Positions 9,929 through 20,196 of a stretch of 64,000 nucleotides of DNA are shown here, piece by piece. Origin of the DNA: Bacillota bacterium. GTDB taxonomy: Bacteria; Bacillota; Ch66; Ch109. The notes below the pieces were generated by a model. The model ran no database searches and was not told the DNA's origin. It worked only from the letters and a program-made list of their open reading frames with translations. A program made the position numbers and the translations under genes. Numbering within the stretch: position 1 is the stretch's first letter; each line of letters opens with the position of its first letter. Where the stretch lies: positions 1,472,001-1,536,000 of the forward strand of contig JBMNLH010000001.1 of the NCBI GenBank assembly GCA_050952625.1, written 5' to 3'.

Positions 9929-12900
9929 TTAATTTGACTTAACCGAAAAAGATTCTCTCCCACATAAACGCTCTACCTGAAGCTGCAGTTCCGGGACGAC
10001 CCGGACGGATAACTCCTGGTGAGTTAAAATCAACTTGCGGTCCGGGGCAAAAAACAGGTACACCCGGTTTGGCCCCGGATACTGTTCCAAAATGCTGGAA
10101 ACTTTATCAATCCAGCTTCGATCATTAATCCTCCCGGGAACCCGAATATAGACTTTCAATTCCGGGTGCTCCCTATCCGGTAGAATAGCCAATTTGTCGG
10201 CCATAATTCGCCATGTGTCTTCTTGAATATTCAACCGGCCATTGACCTGCAGCACGGCCTGAGGATTGATCACCGCCATGTACCGGCGGTAGGTCTGCGG
10301 AAAGACCACCACTTCAATACTGCCGGTGGTATCCTCCAGCGTCAAGTAAGCCATGGTTTCCTTTTTGCGGGTCTGCGTCCGTTTGATATTGGTGATAATC
10401 CCGCCGGCCTGTACCCGCTGCCCATCAGCTAATTGGTGCAATTCCATGATCGTCGGGATACTGGCCCGACGCAACTGCTCCGCATATTCCTGCAGCGGGT
10501 GGCCGCTGATATATAAACCCAAGGCTTCTTTTTCCATCTCCAGGATCTGGCGAAAAGGAAACTCGGGCAGGTCCGGTACCGGCTGGTCAGTCGGATCTAC
10601 TATGGCCGCAGCCGGTTCCAGATCAAACAGAGAGAGCTGCCCGCTGTTTTGCTGCCGGTGAACCCGCTGAGCTACTTCTAGGCAGTGCTCCAGACTGTGC
10701 AGGAGTTGAGCCCGTGGCAAGTTTAGGCTGGAAAAGGCCCCGCCGCGGATCAGGTTTTCAATGACCCGCCGATTTACCTGCCTTGAGTCAACCCGGGTAC
10801 AAAAATCAAGTAAGGAGGTAAACGGCCCCCCTTGCTTACGGGCTTGAATGATCGAAGCCAGTGCTCCCTCGCCGACTTGTTTAATGGCTGCCAAGCCAAA
10901 ACGAATGCCTTGACCAACGACGGTAAAGGTGTCTCGGCTTTCATTTACATCCGGCGGGAGCACTTTCAGCCCCATCCGCCGGCACTCCTCCAGATAAAAA
11001 GCCACCTTATCCAGATTGGTACTAATACTCGTCAATAAAGCGGCCATAAACTCGGCTGGGTAATGGGCCTTGAGGTAAGCGGTCTGATAGGCAATCAGGG
11101 CATAGGCGGTACTGTGCGACCGGTTAAAGCCGTAACCAGCAAAATACTCCATCAGTTCAAAAACCCGCTGGGCCGTCTCCTTGGGGATCCGGCGGTTAAT
11201 TGCGCCCTGAACAAAACTATCTCGATAAGCCGCCAGGATTTCGGGTTTTTTCTTACTCATGGCTCGCCTGAGTTCATCTGCTTCGCCCAGAGAGAAGCCG
11301 GCCATTTCGCTGGCAATCCGCATGACCTGTTCCTGATAGACAATAACGCCATAGGTATCCTTCAGGATCGGCTCTAAAGTCGGATGCCAATAGTCAACCA
11401 CCGTTTCACCCTGCTTCCGCTTCACAAACTCTTCCACCATGCCGCTGCCTAAGGGGCCAGGCCGATACAGGGCATTCAAAGCAATCAAGTCTTCCAGACA
11501 ACTGGGTTTCATCTCTCGCAGCAAACTCCTTAAGCCAGAGCTTTCCAATTGAAAAACGCCAATCGTTTCTCCCCGGCTCAACAGGTCATAAGTCGCTGCA
11601 TCATCCAACGGAAGCTTTTCCAGATCAAGGTTTTGGGCTTCCGGTCGAGTCCGCTGGATGATCTGGACCGCGTCATTCATGACCGTCAGGGTCCGCAACC
11701 CCAGTAAATCCATCTTGAGCAGTCCGATTTCCTCCACCGTTTCCTTGGTAAACTGAGTGGTGACCGCCTCTCCGGTCCGCTGCAAGGGCAGGAAGTTCAT
11801 CAATTTATCTTTCCCTATGACCAGGCCGGCCGCATGGGTTGAAGCGTGCCGCGGGACTCCCTCCAGACCCTGGGACACGGTCAGCAGTCGCTGAATCCGT
11901 TCGTCCTTGGCAGCGGCTTGCTGTAACTCTGGAGAGGTTTCCAGGGCTTTGGCCAAGGTAATCCCCAGTTCTTCGGGCACCATTTTGGCTACCCGGTCGA
12001 CTTCGCCCAGAGGCAGTCCCAGGACCCGACCGACATCACGAATAGCGGACCGGGCCTGCATGGTCCCAAAAGTGATGATCTGGGCGACCTGTTCCTCCCC
12101 GTATTTTTGGACGACATAATTAATGACCTCGTCGCGGCGCCGGTAACAAAAATCAATATCAATATCCGGCATGGTCACGCGTTGCGGGTTGAGAAAACGT
12201 TCAAACAACAGATCATACTGCAGGGGGTCGAGATTGGTGATACCCAGCACATAAGCGACCAGGCTGCCGGCGGCCGAACCTCGGCCTGGCCCAACCGGGA
12301 TTCTCTGGGATCGCGCCCAATTAATTAGGTCCTGCACAATCAAGAAATACCCGGCAAAGCCCATTCGTTGAATAACCTGCAGTTCAAAGTCCAGTCTTTC
12401 TTTGATCGCCGGCGTGACTGCCGCGTACCGTCGCTGCATTCCCTGATAACACAGCTTAGTCAAATAGCTTTCCGGGGTCTCCCCAGCCGGCACTGGAAAC
12501 TCGGGCAGGTGGAGGGTGTCAAAATTCAGGTTCACCTGACACCGCTCCGCAATCTCCAGAGTGTTTTGCAAAACTTCTGGTCGTTCGCCAAAGAGCAGAA
12601 ACATCTCGTCCGCGGTTTTGAGGTAAAATTCATGAGTCGGAAAGCGTAGTGACCGGTCCTTATCCTGGACTGTTTTGCCGGTTTGGATGCACAATAGGAC
12701 ATCCTGAATGCCGGCATCTTCTTGCTGGATGTAATGCAGATCATTGGTAGCTACTAAAGGAAGATTAAGCTCTTTGGCCAAACGAAACAGCCGCGGATTG
12801 ACGGTCTTTTGCTCCGGCAGGTGATGGTCCTGCACCTCCAGATAAAAGTTACGGCCAAAGATGTCCTGTAGTTCACCGGCTTTGCGCCGGGCTTCCTCGA

Positions 12901-13357
12901 TTTCTCCCCGGCTGAGTAAGGCAGGAATCTGGCCGGCTAAACAACCGCTGAGCGCAATCAGCCCCTCCCGGTGATGCTGCAGCAGTTCCAAGTCTACCCG
13001 GGGTTTGTAATAAAAACCCTGGAGGTGGGCTTGGCTTACCAAAGCCAATAAATTCTGATAGCCGGTTTGATTCTCTGCCAGCAAAACCAGGTGAAACTGA
13101 TGGTCATCGACCTGAGGGGTTCGGTCAAATCTGGTCCGGGGAGCAACATAGACCTCACAACCCAGAATGGGTTTAATCCCATACTTTTGGCAGGCCTTAT
13201 AAAAATCAACCGCGCCATACATGACGCCATGGTCCGTAATGGCCAAGGCGGGCATGCCCAGATTCCGGGCTGCTTTAACTAGGGGTACAATCCGAGCCGC
13301 CCCATCCAGCAAACTATATTCAGTATGACAATGAAGATGCACAAATTCGCCTGACAG
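9929..13357 (-). CDS. dnaE: DNA polymerase III alpha subunit
   Basis: FVHLHCHTEYSLLDG PHP motif, GRGSAAGSLV, MPDIDIDF, FAGYGFNRSH, C-terminal OB fold. Start probably CTG 13357 (ORF track gives GTG 13342). Confidence 0.97.
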   Translation of the reverse strand: MSGEFVHLHCHTEYSLLDGAARIVPLVKAARNLGMPALAITDHGVMYGAVDFYKACQKYGIKPILGCEVYVAPRTRFDRTPQVDDHQFHLVLLAENQTGYQNLLALVSQAHLQGFYYKPRVDLELLQHHREGLIALSGCLAGQIPALLSRGEIEEARRKAGELQDIFGRNFYLEVQDHHLPEQKTVNPRLFRLAKELNLPLVATNDLHYIQQEDAGIQDVLLCIQTGKTVQDKDRSLRFPTHEFYLKTADEMFLLFGERPEVLQNTLEIAERCQVNLNFDTLHLPEFPVPAGETPESYLTKLCYQGMQRRYAAVTPAIKERLDFELQVIQRMGFAGYFLIVQDLINWARSQRIPVGPGRGSAAGSLVAYVLGITNLDPLQYDLLFERFLNPQRVTMPDIDIDFCYRRRDEVINYVVQKYGEEQVAQIITFGTMQARSAIRDVGRVLGLPLGEVDRVAKMVPEELGITLAKALETSPELQQAAAKDERIQRLLTVSQGLEGVPRHASTHAAGLVIGKDKLMNFLPLQRTGEAVTTQFTKETVEEIGLLKMDLLGLRTLTVMNDAVQIIQRTRPEAQNLDLEKLPLDDAATYDLLSRGETIGVFQLESSGLRSLLREMKPSCLEDLIALNALYRPGPLGSGMVEEFVKRKQGETVVDYWHPTLEPILKDTYGVIVYQEQVMRIASEMAGFSLGEADELRRAMSKKKPEILAAYRDSFVQGAINRRIPKETAQRVFELMEYFAGYGFNRSHSTAYALIAYQTAYLKAHYPAEFMAALLTSISTNLDKVAFYLEECRRMGLKVLPPDVNESRDTFTVVGQGIRFGLAAIKQVGEGALASIIQARKQGGPFTSLLDFCTRVDSRQVNRRVIENLIRGGAFSSLNLPRAQLLHSLEHCLEVAQRVHRQQNSGQLSLFDLEPAAAIVDPTDQPVPDLPEFPFRQILEMEKEALGLYISGHPLQEYAEQLRRASIPTIMELHQLADGQRVQAGGIITNIKRTQTRKKETMAYLTLEDTTGSIEVVVFPQTYRRYMAVINPQAVLQVNGRLNIQEDTWRIMADKLAILPDREHPELKVYIRVPGRINDRSWIDKVSSILEQYPGPNRVYLFFAPDRKLILTHQELSVRVVPELQLQVERLCGRESFSVKSN

Positions 13358-13461
13358 AAGCGGTCACCTGCCTTAACTTATTTGGGACACGGGGACAAGT
13401 TAACTGTCCCGGAAATTGTCATTTTATGATGGTGCTGCCTAGCAGCAGAAGGTCGGCTGTT

Positions 13462-13977
13462 TTAATCTAGATACTGCTTAAGCTGCTCGCGCACTTCCTC
13501 GCTCAGAGACCCTTCGGACCAATCCCCCATTACTTCCATTGGCAGTTCCGGATGACTATAAGTGAAGCAGGTCTCTTTCAGATCGTCTTGCACCATTTTA
13601 ATCCGTTCTTCTTGGGTGCTAGGCCAGTAGCGCAGTCGGTAACGGGCCTGAATAATTCCCCGTATCGCTTCGATGACTAGATCTGCCACATGAGTACACC
13701 CTTCTTTCTGGCCAATTTTCTTTTCCACTTCTCGCCTGATGCCCGGGCCGACCTTAATCCCTTCGATCAAAGAGATTGCCTGGCCTGCAGTCTCACACAG
13801 ATTCCAGGGATACTTGATCATTTCGGCTTGCGCGGACACGATCTCTGCCGTCGTGGCTCGACAGACCAGGATTACCTGAACTTCGTGAACCCCGTCATCG
13901 AGGCCAGCTTTTGCGGTCAGTTCGTCTCGGCCGGTCAAGGCTACTGACACAAACTTCCGCCTGGAGTATAGTTCCAT
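13462..13977 (-). CDS. DUF2889-like hypothetical protein
   Basis: D..HEV, PW..C, G..GCTH..DL, ETC..Y pattern. Confidence 0.7.
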   Translation of the reverse strand: MELYSRRKFVSVALTGRDELTAKAGLDDGVHEVQVILVCRATTAEIVSAQAEMIKYPWNLCETAGQAISLIEGIKVGPGIRREVEKKIGQKEGCTHVADLVIEAIRGIIQARYRLRYWPSTQEERIKMVQDDLKETCFTYSHPELPMEVMGDWSEGSLSEEVREQLKQYLD

Positions 13978-14296
13978 CCTTAAGCACCGTTCCCTTCTTG
14001 GCTAGGTAAATCCCTGCTTTTGCTGTCATTGCAATGAATATGGTCTAATTCGTCTATCGTTAGTGCGGATAAATGCGTGATTAGTTCTGAGCAGAGCGAA
14101 GAAGCTTAACTCAATTGCTTACCTCCTTCGTCCTGAGGGTTAGTAATTAAATAACACGTATATTGTTGTTTGTGTTATTATCGTTGGTGGTTGTGCCTAA
14201 CAGGCATGGGCGGTTAATAGGAAAAAAATTCCTTGCCTCATTCGGAATGACAGAAATAATCAATCAGACATTATTAAGCTGACTTTATGCTAACTC

Positions 14297-14797
14297 TTAA
14301 CTAACCGCTTGGTCGATTGTCTGGTCGGCTAGCGAAACAACCTCGCCTCCGGTTATTTTCCTGAGTTGCTCTAAGGTTATCGGCAGGGCAGAATTAGCGG
14401 TTCCGGCGGCGGCGTAGACCACTGAATACTGAGCCAGACTGTCATCCAATAAGATGCGCACTGGTGTTTTAAGGTCAAAGGGACAGACTCCGCCGATTGG
14501 GTAGCCGGTTACTTGCAGCACTTCGTCGGGATTAGCCATCCTGACTTTACTCCCGATTACCTGGCGGATTTTCTTCTGATCAATCCGCACATCACCCGCC
14601 GCCACCACCAGCACATACCCTGTCTTCCCTTTAAACACCAGGGTCTTGGCAATCTGCCCCACCTCTACTCCCAGGGCAGCCGCGGCTAATTCACAGGTAG
14701 CCGTATTTTCATCCAGCCGAATAGCCTTAAGGCCCAGGTGGTGTTGATCTAGATAGGCTTGAACTTTATTCAATAATGGCATCGGTTTAACCTCCAT
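14297..14797 (-). CDS. YbaK/EbsC family aminoacyl-tRNA deacylase
   Basis: AAALGVEVGQIAKTLVF, TGYPIGGVCPF, YAAAG. Confidence 0.92.
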   Translation of the reverse strand: MEVKPMPLLNKVQAYLDQHHLGLKAIRLDENTATCELAAAALGVEVGQIAKTLVFKGKTGYVLVVAAGDVRIDQKKIRQVIGSKVRMANPDEVLQVTGYPIGGVCPFDLKTPVRILLDDSLAQYSVVYAAAGTANSALPITLEQLRKITGGEVVSLADQTIDQAVS

Positions 14798-15133
14798 ATT
14801 CCGTATGTTGCAAATAAATTATTTGATTCATAATTAGAAGGTGAGGTGTTTAGTGATGAAGAGTGTGACCAGTCATTTGAGCAGATCGAGAATCCTCGAT
14901 GGATAGCTTATAATAACTAGGATAGACCGCCGGCACAGCCCCAAACTTGGGGTAATCCTCCGATACCTGAAACAGAATTCGGTTTAATAAGTGCAGCGTA
15001 GGATGGAAAGATTCCTCACCTCGTTTAGAATGACAAAATTCTAAGGACTACTCCTAAAAACCTGAAGGGACTACTCACCTGTGAAGCAACTCGTCGGTTA
15101 GCCATGCGACAGCCTCCTGAAAACTTGAAGGGA

Positions 15134-15436
15134 CTACTTACTGAAAGCTTGTCCCCCGGCGCGAAGGCAGTCCATCGTGGAGATCAGGTAAACAATCCGC
15201 AAGGTTTCTTGAATTTCTTCATCACTAGCTCCCTGCTCCCGGACTTGCTGGGCTAGAGCCTTAACCCCGGGTCCGGACCCTTTAAAAGCATCTAAAGCCA
15301 GGGCAATTAACAATTTGGTTTTACTATCTAAAGCCCCGGGTTTCATAACTAATTCAGCTGTTTCTTTGACTGTATGATAAAGGACCGGATCAATTCCAGC
15401 CAATTCTTGGACAAACCAGGGTAATTGAAAATTCAT
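15134..15436 (-). CDS. Carboxymuconolactone decarboxylase/AhpD-like protein
   Basis: PGALDSKTKLLIALALDA...GASDEEIQE; AGGAG RBS before ATG 15436. Confidence 0.85.
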   Translation of the reverse strand: MNFQLPWFVQELAGIDPVLYHTVKETAELVMKPGALDSKTKLLIALALDAFKGSGPGVKALAQQVREQGASDEEIQETLRIVYLISTMDCLRAGGQAFSK

Positions 15437-15662
15437 AGCATTTTCTCCTCTACGGCTTATTTTACCACTACCACTCATTCGGTACAATTCTGCAAGTTGA
15501 CTCAGCACTGGCTTATATCAAGCTAATTAATCCAATCTGTACATTGCAACCGCAAGGTGCCAATTAGAAATAACACCTATGTAACTTTCTCCACTTTATT
15601 GTTTTATCCAATATTTTCAAGTATAATGGATGTAGATTTAAAAGTTCTAGGTGGTCACCGTT

Positions 15663-15920
15663 TTGAAAATTATCTTTACCTTACATGCGGAAAAACAACT
15701 TAAAGAAAGAAGTATAGCCAAAGAAACGGTGTATAAAACTGTGCTCAACCCTGACCAGGTAATCCCACAAGACGAAGGTATATTTTTATTTCAATCAGTT
15801 TATTATGAGAATAATAAACAATATTTACTTCGAGTGGCAGTAAAACTTCAATCTGATAGATGTTTAATTATTACCGCTTATCGAACTTCTAAGATTCAAA
15901 AATATTGGGGGGAAGACTAA
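15663..15920 (+). CDS. DUF4258-like (RelE-fold) putative toxin
   Basis: KIIFTLHAEKQLKERSI...PD...LRV...IITAY; TAATG overlap with the next gene; TATAAT at 15622-15627. Confidence 0.8.
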   Translation: MKIIFTLHAEKQLKERSIAKETVYKTVLNPDQVIPQDEGIFLFQSVYYENNKQYLLRVAVKLQSDRCLIITAYRTSKIQKYWGED

Positions 15921-16141
15921 TGAGATTTCGCTATGACCCTAAAGCCGATGCAATATATATCCGTTTTAATGAAGGAATAGTTGATGAAACAGACGAAGTA
16001 TTTCCGGGTATAATGCTGGACATTGATATGGAAGGAAACCCAGTGGGTCTGGAAATACTTAATGCCTCTAAAAAACTTGGTAAGCCGCCACTCACGGTTG
16101 AGGTGGAAATACCCGAAAAATTGGAACAAGAGGCACTTTAG
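15920..16141 (+). CDS. DUF2283-like putative antitoxin
   Basis: MRFRYDPKADAIYIRF...LDID..G.PVGLEILNASK. Confidence 0.85.
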   Translation: MRFRYDPKADAIYIRFNEGIVDETDEVFPGIMLDIDMEGNPVGLEILNASKKLGKPPLTVEVEIPEKLEQEAL

Positions 16142-16249
16142 AACAGAATTAAAGATAACTTAGCTTAAGCCAAGCCTTTGGCACCGGCGAAAGCCTTAGT
16201 TGCACTTACTTATAATCAGAAAGTCCACTTATACTTTCTGATTATGCGA

Positions 16250-16290
16250 GAAAGGCCTCCGAAAAACACTTCGAGGCCTTTCTTTTTTTC
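16250..16290 (+). terminator. Intrinsic terminator after TA pair
   Basis: gaaaggcctc(c)gaa...ttcgaggcctttc followed by T7. Confidence 0.75.
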
Positions 16291-16500
16291 CAAACTTTCA
16301 TGTCCTTATTTTAGTACTATAAAGAAGCAGTACAATTACTTATAAAGTGTACCAAGAAGCCCTACGTTTCGATTGGAGATTATCAGTTGTGGGTTAAAAA
16401 TGCCCGCAAATTGGTTAAAATATACAAGATAGAGCTAATTTCTAGTTTTGCGCAATCAGCCCTGAAGTTTTCTACATAATCCTTATTTAAAATAATCGCT

Positions 16501-17241
16501 TTAATCACCAAGAATCCCCTGGTTTTTGCCGTGAGGAGTTGTCAATTCCCGATTGCGTTCCTGCCAGATCGTTTTCCCGACAAATATGAGAATGCTCAGC
16601 GCAAACAAGATCAATAATCCAAAAACAAATGTCTTCACACTACCAACCAGCATATCCCCTACATAAGAGTAGATCAAGGTAGCCGGTAGCTGCCCCAGGC
16701 CGGTCGCCCAGAAAAATTCCCAAAAACCAATTGCCGTTAAACCAGCTGCATAACTAACGATATCAAAGGAAACAAAAGGTAATAGGCGGGCAACCAAAAC
16801 AGCCCATTTCCCATACTTTTCGAAAAAGATATCTACCTGCTTTAAAGCCGACCGAGTAGTTAGTTTTTCGACAACTGACCGTCCATAAACCCGAGCAATT
16901 GCATAACACAAAACAGCACCAACCATAGCACTACTCCAGGATAGGATCGCCCCCTTAACCCAGCCAAATAAACCAGCATTGGCAAAAGTAATGACAAACG
17001 CAGGCAGCGGAGCAATTAAAGATTGAAAAACCATCAATAAAAAGGAAACAACCGGTGCCCACAACCCAAAAGACAGGATATATCCTTTGACCACCGAAAC
17101 GTTAACCATGGATAAAATGAAAATTGCTTGTTTTACGGCTGCCTGAAATGGGCCGACAAACAGATAAAGGCAAACCGGTACAACAATAATCGCCAGCTTA
17201 AACCATAGTTTGTTCCATAATTTGTCTTTTTCACTTATCAT
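16501..17241 (-). CDS. TVP38/TMEM64 (YdjZ-like, DedA superfamily) membrane protein
   Basis: FQSLIAPLPAFVITFANAGLFG, ARLLPFVSFDIVSYAAGLT, GQLPAT. Confidence 0.9.
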   Translation of the reverse strand: MISEKDKLWNKLWFKLAIIVVPVCLYLFVGPFQAAVKQAIFILSMVNVSVVKGYILSFGLWAPVVSFLLMVFQSLIAPLPAFVITFANAGLFGWVKGAILSWSSAMVGAVLCYAIARVYGRSVVEKLTTRSALKQVDIFFEKYGKWAVLVARLLPFVSFDIVSYAAGLTAIGFWEFFWATGLGQLPATLIYSYVGDMLVGSVKTFVFGLLILFALSILIFVGKTIWQERNRELTTPHGKNQGILGD

Positions 17242-17289
17242 AAATAAACTTCCCTTTTCGATAAGACATATGTCCTGACTGTCTTTCAA

Positions 17290-18288
17290 TCACAACTTAA
17301 AAAATCGGGATGGACCCTCTAATACTTTCCACTCTGCTTCACTAAAGATGCTTTGACACCGGTTTACGTCATAACCTCGGCTATGCTCCGTATTATTAAC
17401 GGTATCCCGAGGATTAGACCCAGCTTCTGCCCACAGTAAATTGGCTCCGGCGATGGCTCCTAACACATTTGGCTCGTGGGTACAGTTTCCGGGAATCGCA
17501 AGACCCATCGCCAGCCGAACTACCGCAAGAATATGGGCCATCCGGGCTTCACTAACCATTCCCTGAGTACTCAGACTGGTTCCGGGGATGCCGATGCGTC
17601 GGGCTGCCCCGCTGAAGACTGGTCGAGCTTTCCGGGTGATGATCGTTTTTTCAACCAGTTCGTCCTGGCTGTGTTCCGGTCCGACTGGCTCCACGCAGGT
17701 ACCCAACTGAAGCCCAGCTTTAGCGGCTGCTTGAAAGGAATTCAGACGTTTTTGGATTTCAATCCGGGTCACCTGTCCCTCCCCTAGACGCACAGCATGG
17801 TAAACACCGGTAAAGCCTGTTTCTTTTAAAGCCATGGCTTCTTGATCGCCAAAATCGCCAATATTAGCAATTAATGGAATCTCCTTTTTTAATTCCTGCC
17901 GAACTACTTTTCCGATACGTAAAAACTGGTCAAGTCTAAAGTTCGCGGTTGCCATAAGGTAGATCGCATTGGCCCCGGCCTTTTGTAATTCAAGGCATTT
18001 TCTGATGATATCCTCTAGGGGTTCCACCCGGTGCTTTTTGAAGATCCGATTACTGGCAGCAAAAGAACAGAAACCGCAATCACACGGACATGGCCCGCTG
18101 TTAACTCCCACCTGGCCATGGACCTCGGCCTGTCCGTTAGAGCTTTCTTCACTCATCTTTCTTGCGGCCAGCTGAATCTGCGACGACTCTTCGGTAAAAA
18201 GCGGAACAGCAAATAGGGCCCGAATCTCTGCGACTTCGAGCTGCCGGCCAGCCAGAGCTTGATCAACAATAGTTTTAATGGTAGTCAT
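17290..18288 (-). CDS. Radical SAM protein, BioB-like architecture, function unknown
   Basis: CxxxCxxC (CPCDCGFC), N-terminal helix followed by A..R as in BioB/HydE-like enzymes; ATG 18288 directly after upstream stop. Confidence 0.85.
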   Translation of the reverse strand: MTTIKTIVDQALAGRQLEVAEIRALFAVPLFTEESSQIQLAARKMSEESSNGQAEVHGQVGVNSGPCPCDCGFCSFAASNRIFKKHRVEPLEDIIRKCLELQKAGANAIYLMATANFRLDQFLRIGKVVRQELKKEIPLIANIGDFGDQEAMALKETGFTGVYHAVRLGEGQVTRIEIQKRLNSFQAAAKAGLQLGTCVEPVGPEHSQDELVEKTIITRKARPVFSGAARRIGIPGTSLSTQGMVSEARMAHILAVVRLAMGLAIPGNCTHEPNVLGAIAGANLLWAEAGSNPRDTVNNTEHSRGYDVNRCQSIFSEAEWKVLEGPSRFFKL

Positions 18289-18290
18289 AT

Positions 18291-19025
18291 TTATGGCCAA
18301 ACTCCTTCCGCATATTTTTGCACAATCCGTTTTGCACACTGATATGCATTTAACTTTTGATACTCTTGATTATCGCTTAACTGGCCTCGTTCATAGAAAT
18401 AAAGCAGGTCCGGCCAGGTGTCAATGTCCGCTTTGATTTCTAACATAGAACAAATTAGACCTTTTTTAACAGTTGCCTCTAGTGTCCGCTGAAAAACAGT
18501 CTCTGTCCCCCAGGGTATATTATAAAATAGTTCTGGATGGACCTTTTTCATACCTAACAGGTAGTAACCTCCATCCACTGCTGGTCCTAGAACCAGATCA
18601 CTTACCGCCAAGCTCAAGATCGCCCGTCTCAACAGCTCGGGGCTAAGATCAGGTAAATCACTGCCAAGCAAAATAACCGCCTCATACAATGAGAGGATGT
18701 CCTCAGCGGCATGCAACATTCTTTCGCCCAGTTCATGCCCTATTTGCGGCTTTATCTGAAAGTTGCGGTATTCTGTCGGAAGCAAAGACCATAGCTCATC
18801 CTGTGACCACTGGACCAACCTTGTTACTTGGTAATCAATTTCGGCCGTGTTGCCTGTATAATAAAGGTAACCAGGCAGGTCTGCGTTTCGAACATGGTGG
18901 TAGATATCTAGTAAACAGGCCCGGTGAAAAGCGGCACACTCATCGCCCGATAGTTTGGTCATTAAACGCGTCTTGGTAACTCCAGCTACTGGAAGCCTGC
19001 TCATAATCACTACAGCCGCCCTCAT
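18291..19025 (-). CDS. TIGR04282/DUF2064-type glycosyltransferase (rSAM/selenodomain-associated transferase 1)
   Basis: P..G.TKTRL, Q.G..LGERM, LLGSDLPDL, VLGPAVDGGYYLLGM, IPWGT..VF..T, DIDTWPDL. Confidence 0.88.
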   Translation of the reverse strand: MRAAVVIMSRLPVAGVTKTRLMTKLSGDECAAFHRACLLDIYHHVRNADLPGYLYYTGNTAEIDYQVTRLVQWSQDELWSLLPTEYRNFQIKPQIGHELGERMLHAAEDILSLYEAVILLGSDLPDLSPELLRRAILSLAVSDLVLGPAVDGGYYLLGMKKVHPELFYNIPWGTETVFQRTLEATVKKGLICSMLEIKADIDTWPDLLYFYERGQLSDNQEYQKLNAYQCAKRIVQKYAEGVWP

Positions 19026-19088
19026 ACTGCCTCCTGGGAATTAGAATTTTATAAACAAGCCCGGTGGTAGGACTGGAGTTTTGTCCCC

Positions 19089-19787
19089 TCATCCAACCTT
19101 ACGAGGATTAACACCATACCATTGCAACAGTCGTTCCGGCTTAACTCCCAATCGATACAGGATTTTTATTACCTGCATTTTACAAATCGTCCGCAGTAGA
19201 CCCCCTTCATAGAACCGACGGGCACTAGTTTCAACCTTACCCGTGATTACATGAGCCCGCTTCAGCCGACGCAGGGTCCGTGAAAACTCAAGATCTTCCA
19301 AAAAGACCATCTCTGGAAACTGGCCAGCTTGAAAAAATAGATCTCTCTGGCAAAAGATCCCTTGGTCTCCATAACAACTGCTCAAACAACGGGCTCTAAG
19401 GTTGGAAAATAAGGCAATGATAGAGAAAAATATTGACTTATCGTTAAATGCCAGGGTGCAACATCCCCATTGATAACCGCGAGATAATGCCGCCCGAATG
19501 TCAGTCAATGTTCGTTCTTCAATCACTGAATCCGCATGGAGAAAGAACAGAATATCGCCGGAAGCTTTCTGAGCACCCGTATTTAACTGGACACCGCGGC
19601 CAGGGGCTGAATTAAGCACCTGAACCGGATAGTGCCGGCATATCTTAACCGTCTCGTCCCGGCTTCCCCCATCACTGACAATAATTTCGATTCCGGGCCA
19701 AGCTACTAATTGTTCGAGTAGACCACCAATCTGCTCTTCTTCATTAAGCGTGGGGATGATGATTGAGATTTTCTGAGGCACTGGCAT
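19089..19787 (-). CDS. TIGR04283-type family 2 glycosyltransferase (rSAM/selenodomain-associated transferase 2)
   Basis: ISIIIPTLNEE, DGGSRD, GRGVQLNTGA, FLHADS, YGDQGIF, LEDLEF, TSARRF. Confidence 0.9.
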   Translation of the reverse strand: MPVPQKISIIIPTLNEEEQIGGLLEQLVAWPGIEIIVSDGGSRDETVKICRHYPVQVLNSAPGRGVQLNTGAQKASGDILFFLHADSVIEERTLTDIRAALSRGYQWGCCTLAFNDKSIFFSIIALFSNLRARCLSSCYGDQGIFCQRDLFFQAGQFPEMVFLEDLEFSRTLRRLKRAHVITGKVETSARRFYEGGLLRTICKMQVIKILYRLGVKPERLLQWYGVNPRKVG

Positions 19788-20196
19788 CCAAAACGCCCTC
19801 CCACTCTCTAACCAGCATTTCCACAGCTTGCCCGGTCAGTTCAATACAGGCCCGATTGCCGATATTTTGCAAGACATGACGCTTTTTCTTGATTACCCGG
19901 CAGCAGGTAGCACCAAATTGCTGTTTAAATATATCATGCAGCAGACCCGACAATTTGGGGCCCAGCGGATGAGAAGAATGCCTCTCTAGAACCCCAGAGA
20001 CCATAATCATCCCCGCCAGAGCCCCGCAGGTACACCCACTGCCCATACCTCCGCCGAACAGGGAAGCGGCGGCCAGGATATCCTCGCCGACGGGCACGGC
20101 CAGGACCTGGCTAGCAGCAATAATTACTGATTGACAGCAGTTATGGCCGCACTTCATTTGTTCCTGGGCAATCCGAGCTGCTTTTGACGCTAACAT
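19744..20196 (-). CDS. C-GCAxxG-C-C family putative redox protein
   Basis: HNCCQSV, FGGGMGSGCTCGALAG, FGATCCR, late Cys in RACIEL. Confidence 0.88.
   Translation of the reverse strand: MLASKAARIAQEQMKCGHNCCQSVIIAASQVLAVPVGEDILAAASLFGGGMGSGCTCGALAGMIMVSGVLERHSSHPLGPKLSGLLHDIFKQQFGATCCRVIKKKRHVLQNIGNRACIELTGQAVEMLVREWEGVLDASASENLNHHPHA

Noticed and set aside
17290-18288. Calling the radical SAM gene bioB or arsS
   Set aside because: No bio genes nearby, BioB YNHN motif not seen (YHAV instead), and no ArsS-like Cys-rich C-terminus.
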